From assembly GCA_050084985.1 (NCBI GenBank), contig JBITNC010000001.1, forward strand, positions 180,110,001 through 180,174,000: a stretch of DNA of 64,000 nt. Direction: 5' to 3'. Position 1 is the first letter of the stretch. Each line of letters starts with the position of its first letter. Source of the stretch: Nageia nagi (taxonomy: Eukaryota > Plantae > Pinophyta). Positions 35,421-46,900 of the stretch are shown piece by piece. The position numbers and the translations under genes were made by a program. The notes beneath the pieces were generated by a model that worked only from the letters and a program-made list of their open reading frames with translations, was not told the DNA's origin and ran no database searches.

Positions 35421-38400
35421 AAAAGCAAAAACTTGTGTAGATAAAATGAAGGATCTTGGAGAAAAAAACTCAAATGAAGTCATTGTAACAAAAGTGTTGA
35501 GAACACTCTTACCCAAATGGAACCAAAGTGTTATCATTCTTGAAGAGATAGAATATCTCTCTACATTCTCTTTTGATTAGTTAGTTGGGTTATTGGTCTC
35601 TCAAAAGGAGAGAGTTTCTTGAACTCCAAACATTGGGGGAATAGAAGAAAAAGCATTTTCATACAAGGAGGGTGAAAAAAGCACAAGTGGGCAAGGAAGA
35701 GGCTAAGGAAAAAATAGAGGAAGAGCATGAGCAAGAGGAAGAAGAGGTGGCTCTCAAGGAAGAGGAAGAGGAAGATCAATTGGCAAGAGTAACAAGTAAT
35801 GTTACTATTGTAATATATTTTCAATTTTGAGAATGAATGTAGAATAAAGGTTAAAAATGAATCAAGGGGTAGTGCACATTATGTAGAGGAAGAAGAACAT
35901 TATCAAACTCTCTTTTTTCATATGGAAAAAATGAGCAAAATATGGATGCAACATGGCTACTTGATATCAGATGTTCAAATCACATGACCATCAAGGGGGA
36001 GTTGTTCACTTCATTGAAAAATTCATACAAATGCAACATCAACCTTGGAGATAACAAAGCACTTCAAGTTGAAGGAATTGGAGCCATGGAGGTGCCTACC
36101 CAAAAAGGTAACAAAAAGGTAAATGATGTTTACCGTATTCTAAATCTGAAGCACAATCTTTTAAGTGTTGGCCAAATAATGGAGCAAAAATACAAGCATG
36201 TGTTTAAAGATAATAAGGGTAAATTTTTTGATAAAAATCATGGAAATAGGCATGTTAGCACAATTCAAATGATAAATAATAAAGCGTCTCCTCTCACATC
36301 TAAGGAACAAAGCACCAATTTTATAAATGTAGCCATAAATAATAAGAATTAGTTATGGTACTTGAGATTTGGGCATGTTACTTTTCCAAGTTTGAAAATG
36401 GTGTATGGGCTGCCCAAAATTGATGAACAAAAGGATGTATGTGAAGGGTGTGCTTTTTGAAAGCACTTAAGATCTAAGTTTCCAAGATGCAAAGCATGGA
36501 GAACCTCACATCCTCTACAATTGGTGCACTCCGATATATGTGGGCCTATGCAAACACAAAGCATTGGTAAGAACTCATACTTCCTCACCTTCATTGATGA
36601 TTTTAAAAGAATGTGTTGGGTATATTTTCTCAAACATAAGGATGAGGCTTTTGAGTGTTTCAAAGATGTTAAGAATCTTGTTGAAAAATAAAGTGGCTAT
36701 TATAATAAATGTTTGAGGACTAGTAGAGGAGTTTAATTCTGATCATTAGAATTCTTGCAATATTATAAAAATTGTGGTGTGAGGAGGCAACTCACAAATA
36801 CATATACCTGACAACAAAATGGAGTGGCTTAATGTAAGAATAAGATTGCACAAATTTTGGCTAGAAGCATGCTACAAACTAATTTTTTTCCAAATATGTA
36901 TTGGGCTGATGCAATTAGGACTACCATTTACATTTTGAATATGAGTCCTTTATTTAGTTTGAATGGAATGATCCAACATGAAGAATGGTTTGCAAGAAAA
37001 CTAAATGTATCGCATTTTATAGTCTTTGATTGCCTATATTATGCACATATTCCAAAACAATAAAGAAGAAATTTGGATCCCAAATTTGGAGCATGCATTT
37101 TAATAGGATATTGTGAAGATACAAAATGATATAGACTATTTAATCCAAAGAATCGCAACGCTATTAGTTCAAGGAATCACAACGCTATTAGTTCAAGAGA
37201 TGTGAACTTTGAATGAAGGGGGAGAATGGGTTCATCAAAAGATGTACATTGATGGTGGTTATATTGAAGATAACTCTCCAAAAGTGCAAAGCAAAGATCA
37301 GCCCAACCAAGCAAAACCTCCAAATTCTCCTTAAGAACAACCCAACAATAGTCAAGTAAGTTCTCCAAGCTCTAGTCCAAGTCCTCCTTCAACACCAAAA
37401 GATAAAGTTTCATTGGAAGAAGCAAAATAAAGCTTAAGTAAATGAAAAAGAATACTTGCAAGCCACCCAACAACTCAAATGTTGTATAAAAACTTTCGTA
37501 GAAGATCCACAAGATCTCAAACAAAAGAAATGGAAAAATTTGTTGACAAGCTTCAAAATATGTAACTGTATGATGATGAGGATGATGGTGAACCAGAAGG
37601 AGATGTGGTAAATTATACTTTGATGTCTTTTATTGATTTAGAACCTTTATATTTTGAACAAGCATGCATTAACAATTTGTGAATGAAGGAAATGGAAGAA
37701 GAAATGCATTGAACATAAAAAAGAATGATACATGGGAGCTTGTTGAGCTTCTAAAAGGCAATAAAGTTGTAGGTTCAAAATGGATCTAAAAACTAAATAT
37801 AATGTCAATGGAATTGTTAAAAGACTCAAAGCAAGATTTTTTTCTAAGAGTTTCACTAAAAAATATGGCATTGACTATGAGGAGACCTTTGCACCAATGA
37901 CTTGACAAGAAACAATGAGAATGGTCCTTACTTTGGCTACCCATAAGGGATGGAATGTACATCATCTTGATGTGAAGAGTTCATTTTCGAATGGATATCT
38001 TGATAAAGAGGTGTATGTTCAACAACATCAAGGCTTTGAAGTTTAAGGCAAGGAGAAGCATGTGTAAAAGTTGAAGAAGGCATTGTATGGCCTCAAACAA
38101 GCTCCAAGAGCTTGGTACTTAAGAATTGATGGCTACTTCCACCAAGTTGGCTTTGTGAGGAGCAAAAGTGAGACAATACTCTACTAAAAGGTACAAAAGG
38201 TAATGATATTCTCCTTGTTTGTCTTTATGTTGATGATTTGATCTATTTGGGAAGCAATCCTAAAATGAATGAAGAATTCAAAAATGCTATGATGTATGAA
38301 TTTGAAATTAAGGATCTTGGATTGATGCATTACTTTCTTAGAATGAATGTGCATCAAGAAAATGATGAAATTTTTATGTGCTAAACTAAATATGCCAAAG

Positions 38401-39170
38401 ACATGTTAAAAAAATATGGCATGGATAATTGTAAAAATGTTGCAACTCCAATTGGTCATGGAGTGTTGTTGAGCAAAGATGATGGAACTGAAAAAGTAGA
38501 TATCATCACATTTAGAAGCATGGTAGGGAGTCTAATGTTTCTTACCAATACTAGATCGAACATTGCATGTGTTGTATCACTTGTATCTAAATATGAATGA
38601 CTCATCTGAATCACATTTGAAGGCAACAAAGAGGATACTTATATATGTAAAAGGTATTATAGACTTTGGTATCCCTTACTATAATAATGATGTTGTAAAG
38701 CTTGTAGGCTATAGTGATTCCAATTGGGAAACAAATATAGATGATAGGAAATCCACATCAGGTAATTGTTTCAGTCTTGAGTTTGGTTTCATCATATGGT
38801 CCTCCATGAAATAAACAATAATGGCATTATCATCCAGGGAGGCTAAATACATAGCAATCATAAGTGTTAGTGCATAAACATAATGGTTGAGAAAGCTAAT
38901 TCAAGAAATTGGTGAAAAACAAAGTGGTGCTACAACTTTGTATAGTGACAACATGAGTGCAATTCAACTTGCAAACAACCTAATCCATCACAACAGATCA
39001 AAGCATTTTGATATCAAATATCATTTCATTCGAGACATGGATGAGAAGAGGATCATAGAGTTGCAATACATTAAAATAAAAGAGAACACAGCTGATTTAT
39101 TCACCACAAGAGTGCCCAAAACTCAGTTTCTGAAGTTGAGGAACTTCCTGATCAATCCCCTTAGCATCAA
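35421..39170 (+). pseudogene. Copia B gag C-terminus-PR-INT-RT-RNaseH pseudogene
   Basis: ORF fragments 35942-36352, 36857-37063, 38403-38814 and 38887-39201 (HNRSKHFDIKYHFIR, TADLFT). Confidence 0.88.
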
Positions 39171-39179
39171 GGGGGAGAA

Positions 39180-39694
39180 TGTTAGAGTTTTGACCTCGTA
39201 AAGACTCCATAATCAACTCTCTAGACTCCAAATTGTAGATTATACAATGGATCGTGGGCATCCAGCTTAGATCGCATGCAACTTTCGATGCGTAATGTGA
39301 TTAGTTGAATAAAGATTGTAGTATGCTCATCCTTGATTGTGTACAATCTACCTTGATTGCAATGCATATATCCTAAATGTATACGATTGATTATATGTTA
39401 TAATTATGAGTACAACTAAAACCATGTTATTTTGATTATATCTTTGAATTGATAAATTGTTAAACTATAATAATTAAAGAATTTTGTGCTCTGAACATAA
39501 GAAATAGATGATAGAAATTCCGTAACTTTTCATTAATGATTTATTATATTTTATTAACCATATTGTAAACTTCCTAAAAATACAATATTCTTAATCAAGT
39601 ATTTTTTTTCTTGTACATCTTGAAGATTCTTCTCCTGAATTCTCTTTTATCTATATATTGTAAATATTTTTAACAATAATACAATCAATCAATA
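39180..39694 (+). repeat. 3' LTR of Copia B (last ~15 bp missing)
   Basis: Homologous to 28437-29104; similarity stops after TAATACAATCAATCA. Confidence 0.85.
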
Positions 39695-40031
39695 AACGTC
39701 AGATCTTCTTATTATAGGATGTTCAAAATTGACACTACAATACGCAATATAGATATGACTTAAAACGTACAAAAGTAACATTGCAATACATGAAACATAA
39801 ATGTTACTCTTGTAAATGACAATATCCCTCAAAAGTCAAGTCGAACGCTAGAAGAATTGGGAGAGGTAGCTGTGGCTCATGACCAACTCGTAACACCATG
39901 GAAGTAGAACTATCATGCTAAAAAAAACCTCTGATAAACCTTTGAGCCTAAATTCCTCCGAGTCTCAGCCGATGAGACTATTTTACCTGTAAGTCTGTTC
40001 GAATACAGCTACAATCTGCAACTCAAACGAA

Positions 40032-40252
40032 ATGACTCGTTACAGAGGTTTCAAGCGCAAGAGAGGCATTCATCCTCGCAATAAGTACGCAGAAAATCCT
40101 CCCGACTTCCACAATTTAGCCTCCCTTTACCCCTCCTTCCAACCCTTCGTCTTCTACGCCTCCAATGGCCGCCCCAACATCGACTGGACCGACTTCAACG
40201 CCACCAGGGAGCTCACCCGTGTTCTTCTCCTCCATGACTATGCCATCAACTG
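40032..40252 (+). CDS. FIO1: FIONA1/METTL16 U6 snRNA m6A methyltransferase, exon 1
   Basis: IHPRNKYAENPPDF...IDWTDFNATRELTRVLLLHDY is the METTL16 N-terminus; donor TG|GTAAAA. Confidence 0.95.
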
Positions 40253-40368
40253 GTAAAATAAAACATATACTAACACCCACTATATTAACTGTCTCTCAAT
40301 CCATTTCAAGCGAATTTTTTTTTGGAATTGGAGAAGAATCAAATTGAGTAAGAATTGAATCTGTGCAG

Positions 40369-40586
40369 GTGGATTCCAGATGGGCAGCTGTGTCCGACGG
40401 TGTCCAACAGAGCAAATTACATACATTGGATTGAGGATCTTCTTTCATCAGACCTTATAACTCAAAGAAAACGGATTGGAAATGGAGATGGAGTGCAAGT
40501 GAGAGGTTTTGATATAGGGACAGGTGCTAATTGTATATATCCTCTTCTAGGGGCTGCCCTCCATGGTTGGCACTTTGTTGCTTCAG
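40369..40586 (+). CDS. FIO1: FIO1/METTL16 exon 2 (SAM-binding motif)
   Basis: Acceptor TGCAG|G; WIPDGQLCPTVSNRANYIHWI...DIGTGANCIYPLLG; donor CAG|GTGTTT. Confidence 0.95.
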
Positions 40587-41470
40587 GTGTTTTTCACAAC
40601 CCTAGTTTTAAATTCATTTGTGTTTTAAATGGTAATTCTCAAACTTTTTTGGCAAGTATTGATGAGCAATCTCTAATCGTTCAAAATGAGCTGTTTTTGG
40701 GATTCTGAGGAGTCCAGTTTTAGCTTATATAGTTTAAATTAGAAATAGATTTATCATTAATTCGTTTCCTCAAGCAATGATAAGCATGTGTAGTTATGCA
40801 TGCTTCAAGTTCAGACTGCTTAGTAGCGATAGGAGTGATCTCTCAGCAATCAGTGAGACGCAAGACTGGTTGTAACATATATAACATACATGATTATAGT
40901 CACTGAACTGGCTGAATGAATTAAACGAGGCTGGATAAAAAAGTTTGCTTGAAGTTGAATGTCCTGTATTAATTTATGCCAAACTAGGTGACAGGGTTTA
41001 CTAGGATTGAGTGAAGTTTATCTAAAACTAGGCATGCAATATTTTTTTTTTTTTTTTAATATTCGTAAAGAAAGGTACAATGTGAAAGTTTAAAGATGGA
41101 GAGATTTGAACCTGAACTTCCCATGCAGCCGGACAAAGCATGCATTCCTATTACTTTCCCAACTGTGGACAAGTCCCACAAAAATTAAGAAATCACATAA
41201 ATTAAGATGTTCCGGAAACCAATTTTTTTTTTGGCAATGTAATGCCCAAGATTTTGAGTTTTGTTTAATAATGGTACTGATGAGGGTGAGGATGCAACGA
41301 GCTAACCATGCTTGACACATATTTTAGAGGAATATGAAAAGTTCTATTACATATTTTGTCTTTATAAACATTAAACCTTTAAAGATTTGAACTGAAAGAA
41401 AGCCTATGCAGAAGGGAGTTTTATAAACAGGATTCTGCCATTGACTACTTTCTTTGTGTTGTGACTGCAG

Positions 41471-41990
41471 ATGTGACGCAGGCGGCTCTTGAATGGGCCC
41501 AAAAGAATGTTGAGAATAATCCTCACCTCATTGACCTTATTGAAATCAGGAAGGTTGAGTATCATGGAGAAGAAAGGTTTGGGAAAGATGGGTGTACTCA
41601 AATTAATAAGGAGCTTTTTTCTGATGGTATATATGAAGACGAGAATGGCTCAAAGAAATCTGTTCTTAGGAGCAAATTGCAGGATGGAAAAGTCTGCAAA
41701 GGAAGTGAACCTTTAGAAGAGTCATCATTGGCAGTACTGCATTCTGAAAGTTCTTGTAGCATCTCAAAGAACTACGAGGGCCCACCAGTACTTTTGGGGG
41801 TTGTAGGAGAAGGTGAGCATTTTGATTATTGCATGTGCAATCCTCCTTTTTTCGAAAGCATGGATGAAGCCGGTGCAAATCCTAGAACTGCATGTGGTGG
41901 AACCAGGGATGAGATGGTTTGTCCTGGTGGAGAGCTAGCCTTCATCACTCGTATTATTGAAGATAGTGTTCAAATGAAGGAGCAAATCAG
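41471..41990 (+). CDS. FIO1: FIO1/METTL16 exon 3 (catalytic NPPF motif)
   Basis: Acceptor TGCAG|AT; DYCMCNPPFFESM...GGT...GGELAFITRIIEDS; donor CAG|GTGCGC. Confidence 0.95.
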
Positions 41991-42101
41991 GTGCGCTTTT
42001 TACTATTTGGTTTGTTTTGATAGAACATTGTGATTTGTGAAACGGGATTCATATCAATGAAGAAAAAATGTTGTTTTCTTTTACTACATATGTACATACA
42101 G

Positions 42102-42312
42102 GTGGTATACAACAATGGTTGGGAGGAAAGTAAATTTGAAAGCCTTGACTAAAAGTCTCCGGAAGGCTGGGGTTACAATAATACAGACAACTGAATTTGT
42201 TCAGGGTCGAACATCTAGGTGGGGCCTTGCTTGGTCTTTCATTTCTCCTTCATCAAACATAATTGGTGCGTTTCCAAAGAATGAGAAGGCGAACCTATCT
42301 TTCATGTTAGAG
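42102..42312 (+). CDS. FIO1: FIO1/METTL16 exon 4
   Basis: Acceptor TACAG|G; WYTTMVGRK...TEFVQGRTSRWGLAWSF...SFMLE; donor GAG|GTATAT. Exons 1-4 total 1170 nt (390 codons) in one open frame. Confidence 0.95.
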
Positions 42313-42751
42313 GTATATTTTAATGGCTCTTATCCTAATACCTTTCTTAGAGGTATCATGTTTTACAGGTCTTTACTTTTATCCAGTGTTTTTATCCGTA
42401 ATTCAAAAAATTAAGCTGGTTAATTTAATCAAGGGAATTTAATGCAAGTTTTCCATTAAGCATTTCTGTCACTACAGTTTAATATTTTATCTTCAAAGCA
42501 ATATCCAGTGTGTGCACATATACAAAAAAGAAACAGGCATGTAACACTTGTTCAAGAATTTGGTTGCATAGTGTGTCTGCTAGTTTTGCAGTGTATTCTT
42601 TTGATCTACACTTGAGAAAGATCTTGGATGTGCTTCAATGTTTGCTCAATTTGCAAGAAATATTAGCTAACACTTTACATCTAGTGCTGGAAACTTTATG
42701 TTTCTGGTAGTTGCTTCTGTTAGAACATCAGTAGTTTATTTTCCCTAGCTT

Positions 42752-43958
42752 ATTTTTTTGAGAGAAAGGTTAAAATTCTATGGAGGAGCAGAATTTGATT
42801 ACATTTTGGTCGTAAGTGGTCTGCCTCTCTTGGCAAGCCCCATAACTCCGATCAATTTCCTATCTTTTCCATATTGGATCACTCAACTGTCAAGTTCCAC
42901 TAGATATCATCTCATCATTCGGTCCTGGCTGTCTTCTTCTCTACTCAAGCTCTCTAAATCTCCTACATATAATCGTTTTCATGTGTTTCCTAAAGGCAGT
43001 TCCCAGTGGTCCAACATGATAAGCCTTCCCTTGTAATTATTGTTCTCCATGATTTCCTTCTATTTCTTGCGTTTCCTGAGCACCATGTACGTTGGCTAAT
43101 CCCATTAGGCTTCCATATTCCTTATTTCCTAGTTTTGTCCAAATTTTAACATCTTCCAGTCATTTGAGTTTCTTCTTGATTTTTTGTGGTTACCATTACG
43201 GCAATATTTCTTTTTATTGTAGTCCAAGTCCTTTCAACTGATTTGAATTCATCCTTGAAGACTTGTTCATTCCTTTCTAACCAATTCTACCACTATATAA
43301 AACCTGATTCCAAGGTCCATGCAGTCTTTAAATATTTAGACTTGAATTTGTAGTCGTTCCAATAGTCCCAGGTTAGGATAGTTCTCTCCCCAGGTTTGAA
43401 AGTATCCTACCATAATTTCCACACTCTTTGGGCAAAGGGGCATTCCAAGAGGAGGTGAGGCACAAATTCCTTGTTTTGGTTCCACATTATGCATTTGTTA
43501 GGCCCTATGCACCCTCTCCTTTGCAAGTTGTCTTGGGTGAGGTTACTGTTATGTGCCACCTTCCAGGAGAAACAATTTATCTTTGTCCATCCCTTGGGTT
43601 CCCATAATTTTAGCCAAGGGATTTACCTTGGCTGCCTCATAGGAGGGTTGGCTTTTCTGAATCCTTCTTTCACTCTGTAGATTTCCAATTTTTCAATCCC
43701 CCATGCTAGTGTATTTGGCACATTCTTTCTTAGGTGTGGTTTGTTGTTTAGGATGTCCTATAGCTCCCAGTTTTACTCATTCCTACTTTCAACCAACCAT
43801 TCCTCTAGGGGTTGCTATTGTTGGGTATTTGCCAATTGTTGGGTTGGTGGTTTGAGGTAGTGGTATATATGGGTCCGTCCTTTCCTAATCAATTTAGATA
43901 TTATATTTGCTAATTGAGGATACTAGGCCACAATGGTAGGGAAATGATCCTAAGAGTC
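42752..43958 (-). mobile_element. L1-type LINE, 3' part (zf-RVT domain, 3' UTR, A-tail)
   Basis: Minus strand KINCFSWKVAHNSNLTQDNLQRRG...KCIMW...HLLLECPFAQRVW; ends ...CTTTCTCTCAAAAAAA at ~42752. Confidence 0.85.
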
Positions 43959-45380
43959 TGTTGTGCTCGCACAACACATTCCAAAATACAAGATTTTGGG
44001 GATTCTATTTTTGCGAAGGCAATGAAGTAAATTGCTTGGAGAATCACTAGATCAAGATGATTCTGAAGATTCAAAATAGCCAGATGATGAAATGATACAC
44101 AGAGGTTGCCCGCAAAGTTCACTAGATGGTTTAGAGTGTTCAGTTGCCAATTTGGAGCCCGGATTTGGGCAACACATTAGAGTATAGATTTTTGGGTCTT
44201 GGAAAAGCACATAGAAAATGGAGATTGAAGATGCCAAGCTGTGAAGGACAAAAAATCAAGTGTTTTTAAGCTTGAGATTTTCGGAAACCGACCAAAATTG
44301 CAAAATTTATACCAAGAGGGAGTTTTTGGAGCTTTGATGTCACCAAAGCTTGAAATCATGCACCTAAGGCAAAAACAGACTTTGGCAAATTGAAGTTTTA
44401 ACCATACACGGTGATGAAGATTCCAATTTCAAGCAACATTAGGCTTGGAAATTGCGAAATTTGACCAAGTATTGACCTCCAAAAGGATAGGCACACATTT
44501 CAAGGTCTTGATGACATCAAACATGGAAAAATGGTGCCCAAGGGGAAATGACATGAAATTGATCAAATTTGAAGAAAATTTTTGAAGGCACCATGTTGTG
44601 AAGGATCTAAAACTAGACGTGTTTGGTCTTCAAACTTTTCAAATTGATCAAAATTGCATAATCTAGAGGAAGGCACACATTTTTAGGGTTTGTCATCATC
44701 AAAGGCTGAAAAATGGTGCCTAGAGCAATATTGGGCAATTTTTGACCTTCACAAAATCGAAATTTGAAAGCATGGGGAGGTGAAGGGAAAAAAATTAGGC
44801 AAGTTTAGTCTTGAAAGTTTCCAAATTGGGTAAAAAAACCACCTCGCACACCTAGGAGCACATTTCCAAGCTTTGGTGTTATCAAAGAGAAAAAACATGC
44901 GCCTACATCCCAAGTGCATCATTTTCAACCTTTGAAAAATTCGAATTTGACCATATGGGAAGATGAAGGACCCAAATCATGGCACCTTTAGACTTAGAAA
45001 TTTCGAAATTTGAGTAAGTTTGGGTCTTCAAAAATCTAGGCGCAAGTTTTGAGGGTTTGTCATCATCAAAAGGAGAAAATATGCGCTTGTTGTGCCTTAC
45101 ACAACTCGCCCCAAAATCTCGCAATTTTAGGGGCCCTTTGCAACTTAAATTCAATTGGCACCTAGTCAATTCGGCCTCCCTTGTCCCTGATTGAACTCAA
45201 TATCACGCCTATCAACCCATCACCCAAGTGTGTGCAAATAGCCCAGTCATGGTCATGTCGTGTTGAAGAGTTAGAACCCTTGAAAATGGCTAAGTCTGGG
45301 AATTTAAGTCGAGTTTAGGTGAAATTGGGAACTTGACTTGAGTTGGAGCCAAGCAAGACAGATCTGGGCCACTCCTAGGC

Positions 45381-46238
45381 CAGGCGCATGCTCTAGAAAG
45401 ACAATTTTGTCTTTCTGAGGCATGCGTCAAGCCCAGGAAGACACCCAAGACGAAGCAAAGGCTTGTAAAAGACAACTTAGTGCATTTCAAGGCTGGCACA
45501 TGCCTCAAAAAGACAAAATCTTGTCTCTTGGGAGCATGCGCCCAAGTTAGGAGGCCGTCAGGATGGACTTGGGACCTAGGAAGACGAAGTGCACTCACTT
45601 AGGGGGCTAGCACATAACTCAAAAAGACAAAATCTTGTCTTTTGGGAGCATGCGCCAAGCGCAGGAAGGCTTCTAGATGAGACGAAACGGAAAAATTGGC
45701 TAAGGTATGGAGTCTTGAAGCTTGGATCCTCTTCCAGCATGACTAGAGGGGCTGGCGCATGTCTCAAAAAGAGAAATTCTTGACTTTTGGGAGCATGCGC
45801 CAAGCTTGGGAAGACACTAGGATCGGGTGAACTTGAAAATTTTGGCTAAGTCTCGGGAGCAGAAGATCATAACAAAGCAAATCTGGCCACCTGCAACCCA
45901 ATGCATACCTCAGGAAGACATAATCCTCACTTTCTAGACCATGTGCCCAGATTGGAACAGCCAGAGAACTTGGAGCGCGTTTCAAAAAGACAAAATCTTG
46001 TCTTTTGAAATCATGCGCCAGGCTTGGACGGGCCTCTGGGTCAGTTTGTTGGGCAAAATCGGCAAGCTGGGACACTAGAAAAGGCAAAATAGACAAGTTG
46101 AAGGTTTCATCTTAAGCATGAAGGGTCGATACGGATGAGTGGGGAACACAGGAAAACGATGGATGAAGAGCATGCATCCTTAGGTTGAGCGCATGCTTCA
46201 CAAAGACAAAATCTTGTCTTTTCTAGGCATGTGCCAGC
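45381..46238. repeat. Seven dispersed ~52-bp palindromic units
   Basis: TGGCGCATGTCTCAAAAAGACAA-AATC-TTGTCTTTTGGGAGCATGCGCCA at ~45381, 45493, 45607, 45752, 45893 (degenerate), 45970 and 46185. Confidence 0.85.
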
Positions 46239-46462
46239 CCTAGAAGAGCACCAGACCCTCGCACGTCTCGTCTCCGACGGTTAGGCATGGAAGTTTGATC
46301 GCGAACACATCTTGAGGTTGGTCATCTGGACGGTCAGGATCAATTCCTCTCATGCCTAGCCAATTAGGGTATCTTGGAAACCAAAATTTTCCTATAAGCA
46401 CCAGCCTGAGGAGCTCATTTTCTCAAACTCAGATTATCCCACTCCTCATCTTGTGCACCATA

Positions 46463-46900
46463 ATGGCTGAACTAAACCTCGAGGCACCAAGGCAAGAAGG
46501 CAAGACAGGGAAAGGTATGACCGTTGGTAATGCCTCACCAAGACAGAAGCACAACATTGACATCGCAGTCTTAATAAGATCACTATACGAGGATCCCAAC
46601 CTAAGAGCTAGAGACGAATCTACAGACACTCACTATGTGAGTAGGTTTGTGTTCAAGGTGAACAATACACTTTTTGTCACCAAAGTTTCCTTGAACAAAG
46701 ACCCGGAGAAGCTGTAAGACTTGGAGGCTCATACCCTTAAGACTGAAATTGATGAAGTCAAATCCACTGTGGTAGAGCGGATAAGAGATGTCACCAAGCT
46801 CGCCAAGGAGCTGGAAGAGAGGCATGGTGCAATAGAGACAGAGAAGGTGGACCAACAAGAATAGATCGAAGGATCATCAAGTCGTGATGTTGCAGGCGTA
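46463..46900 (+). pseudogene. Unknown ~145-codon ORF with a coiled-coil C-terminus in the inner unit
   Basis: MAELNLEAPRQEGK...DPEKL*DLEAHTLKTEIDEVKSTVVERIRDVTKLAKELEERHG reads in one frame through isolated TAA/TAG stops. Confidence 0.55.

Larger units (their letters stand above)
28437..39694 (+). mobile_element. Ty1/Copia family B, near full length and old, with a nested 5.8-kb insertion
   Basis: LTRs 28437-29104 and 39180-~39694 (both start TGTTAGAGTTTTGACC), decayed PBS TAGTATCAAAGCC at 29108, gag (FKGENYEYWDIQMK), PR (WLLDIRCSNHMT), INT, RT (LYVDDL), RNaseH, PPT AAGGGGGAGAA at 39169-39179. Confidence 0.9.

Noticed and set aside
39180-39694. CpG retention in the gene-proximal LTR as a sign of promoter co-option
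   Set aside because: The distal 5' LTR also keeps several CpGs, so no clear asymmetry is visible by eye.
41090-41320. Short ORFs in FIO1 intron 2 as alternative exons
   Set aside because: Exons 2 and 3 already join in frame with canonical sites, and the ORFs show no recognisable similarity.
42095-42106. METTL16 target motif at FIO1's own intron-3 acceptor (autoregulation)
   Set aside because: The sequence is TACAGGTGG, not the UACAGARAA consensus, and no hairpin is evident.
45381-46238. CRISPR-like repeat-spacer appearance
   Set aside because: This is plant nuclear TE context with no cas genes; the repeats are degenerate and the spacer lengths very irregular.
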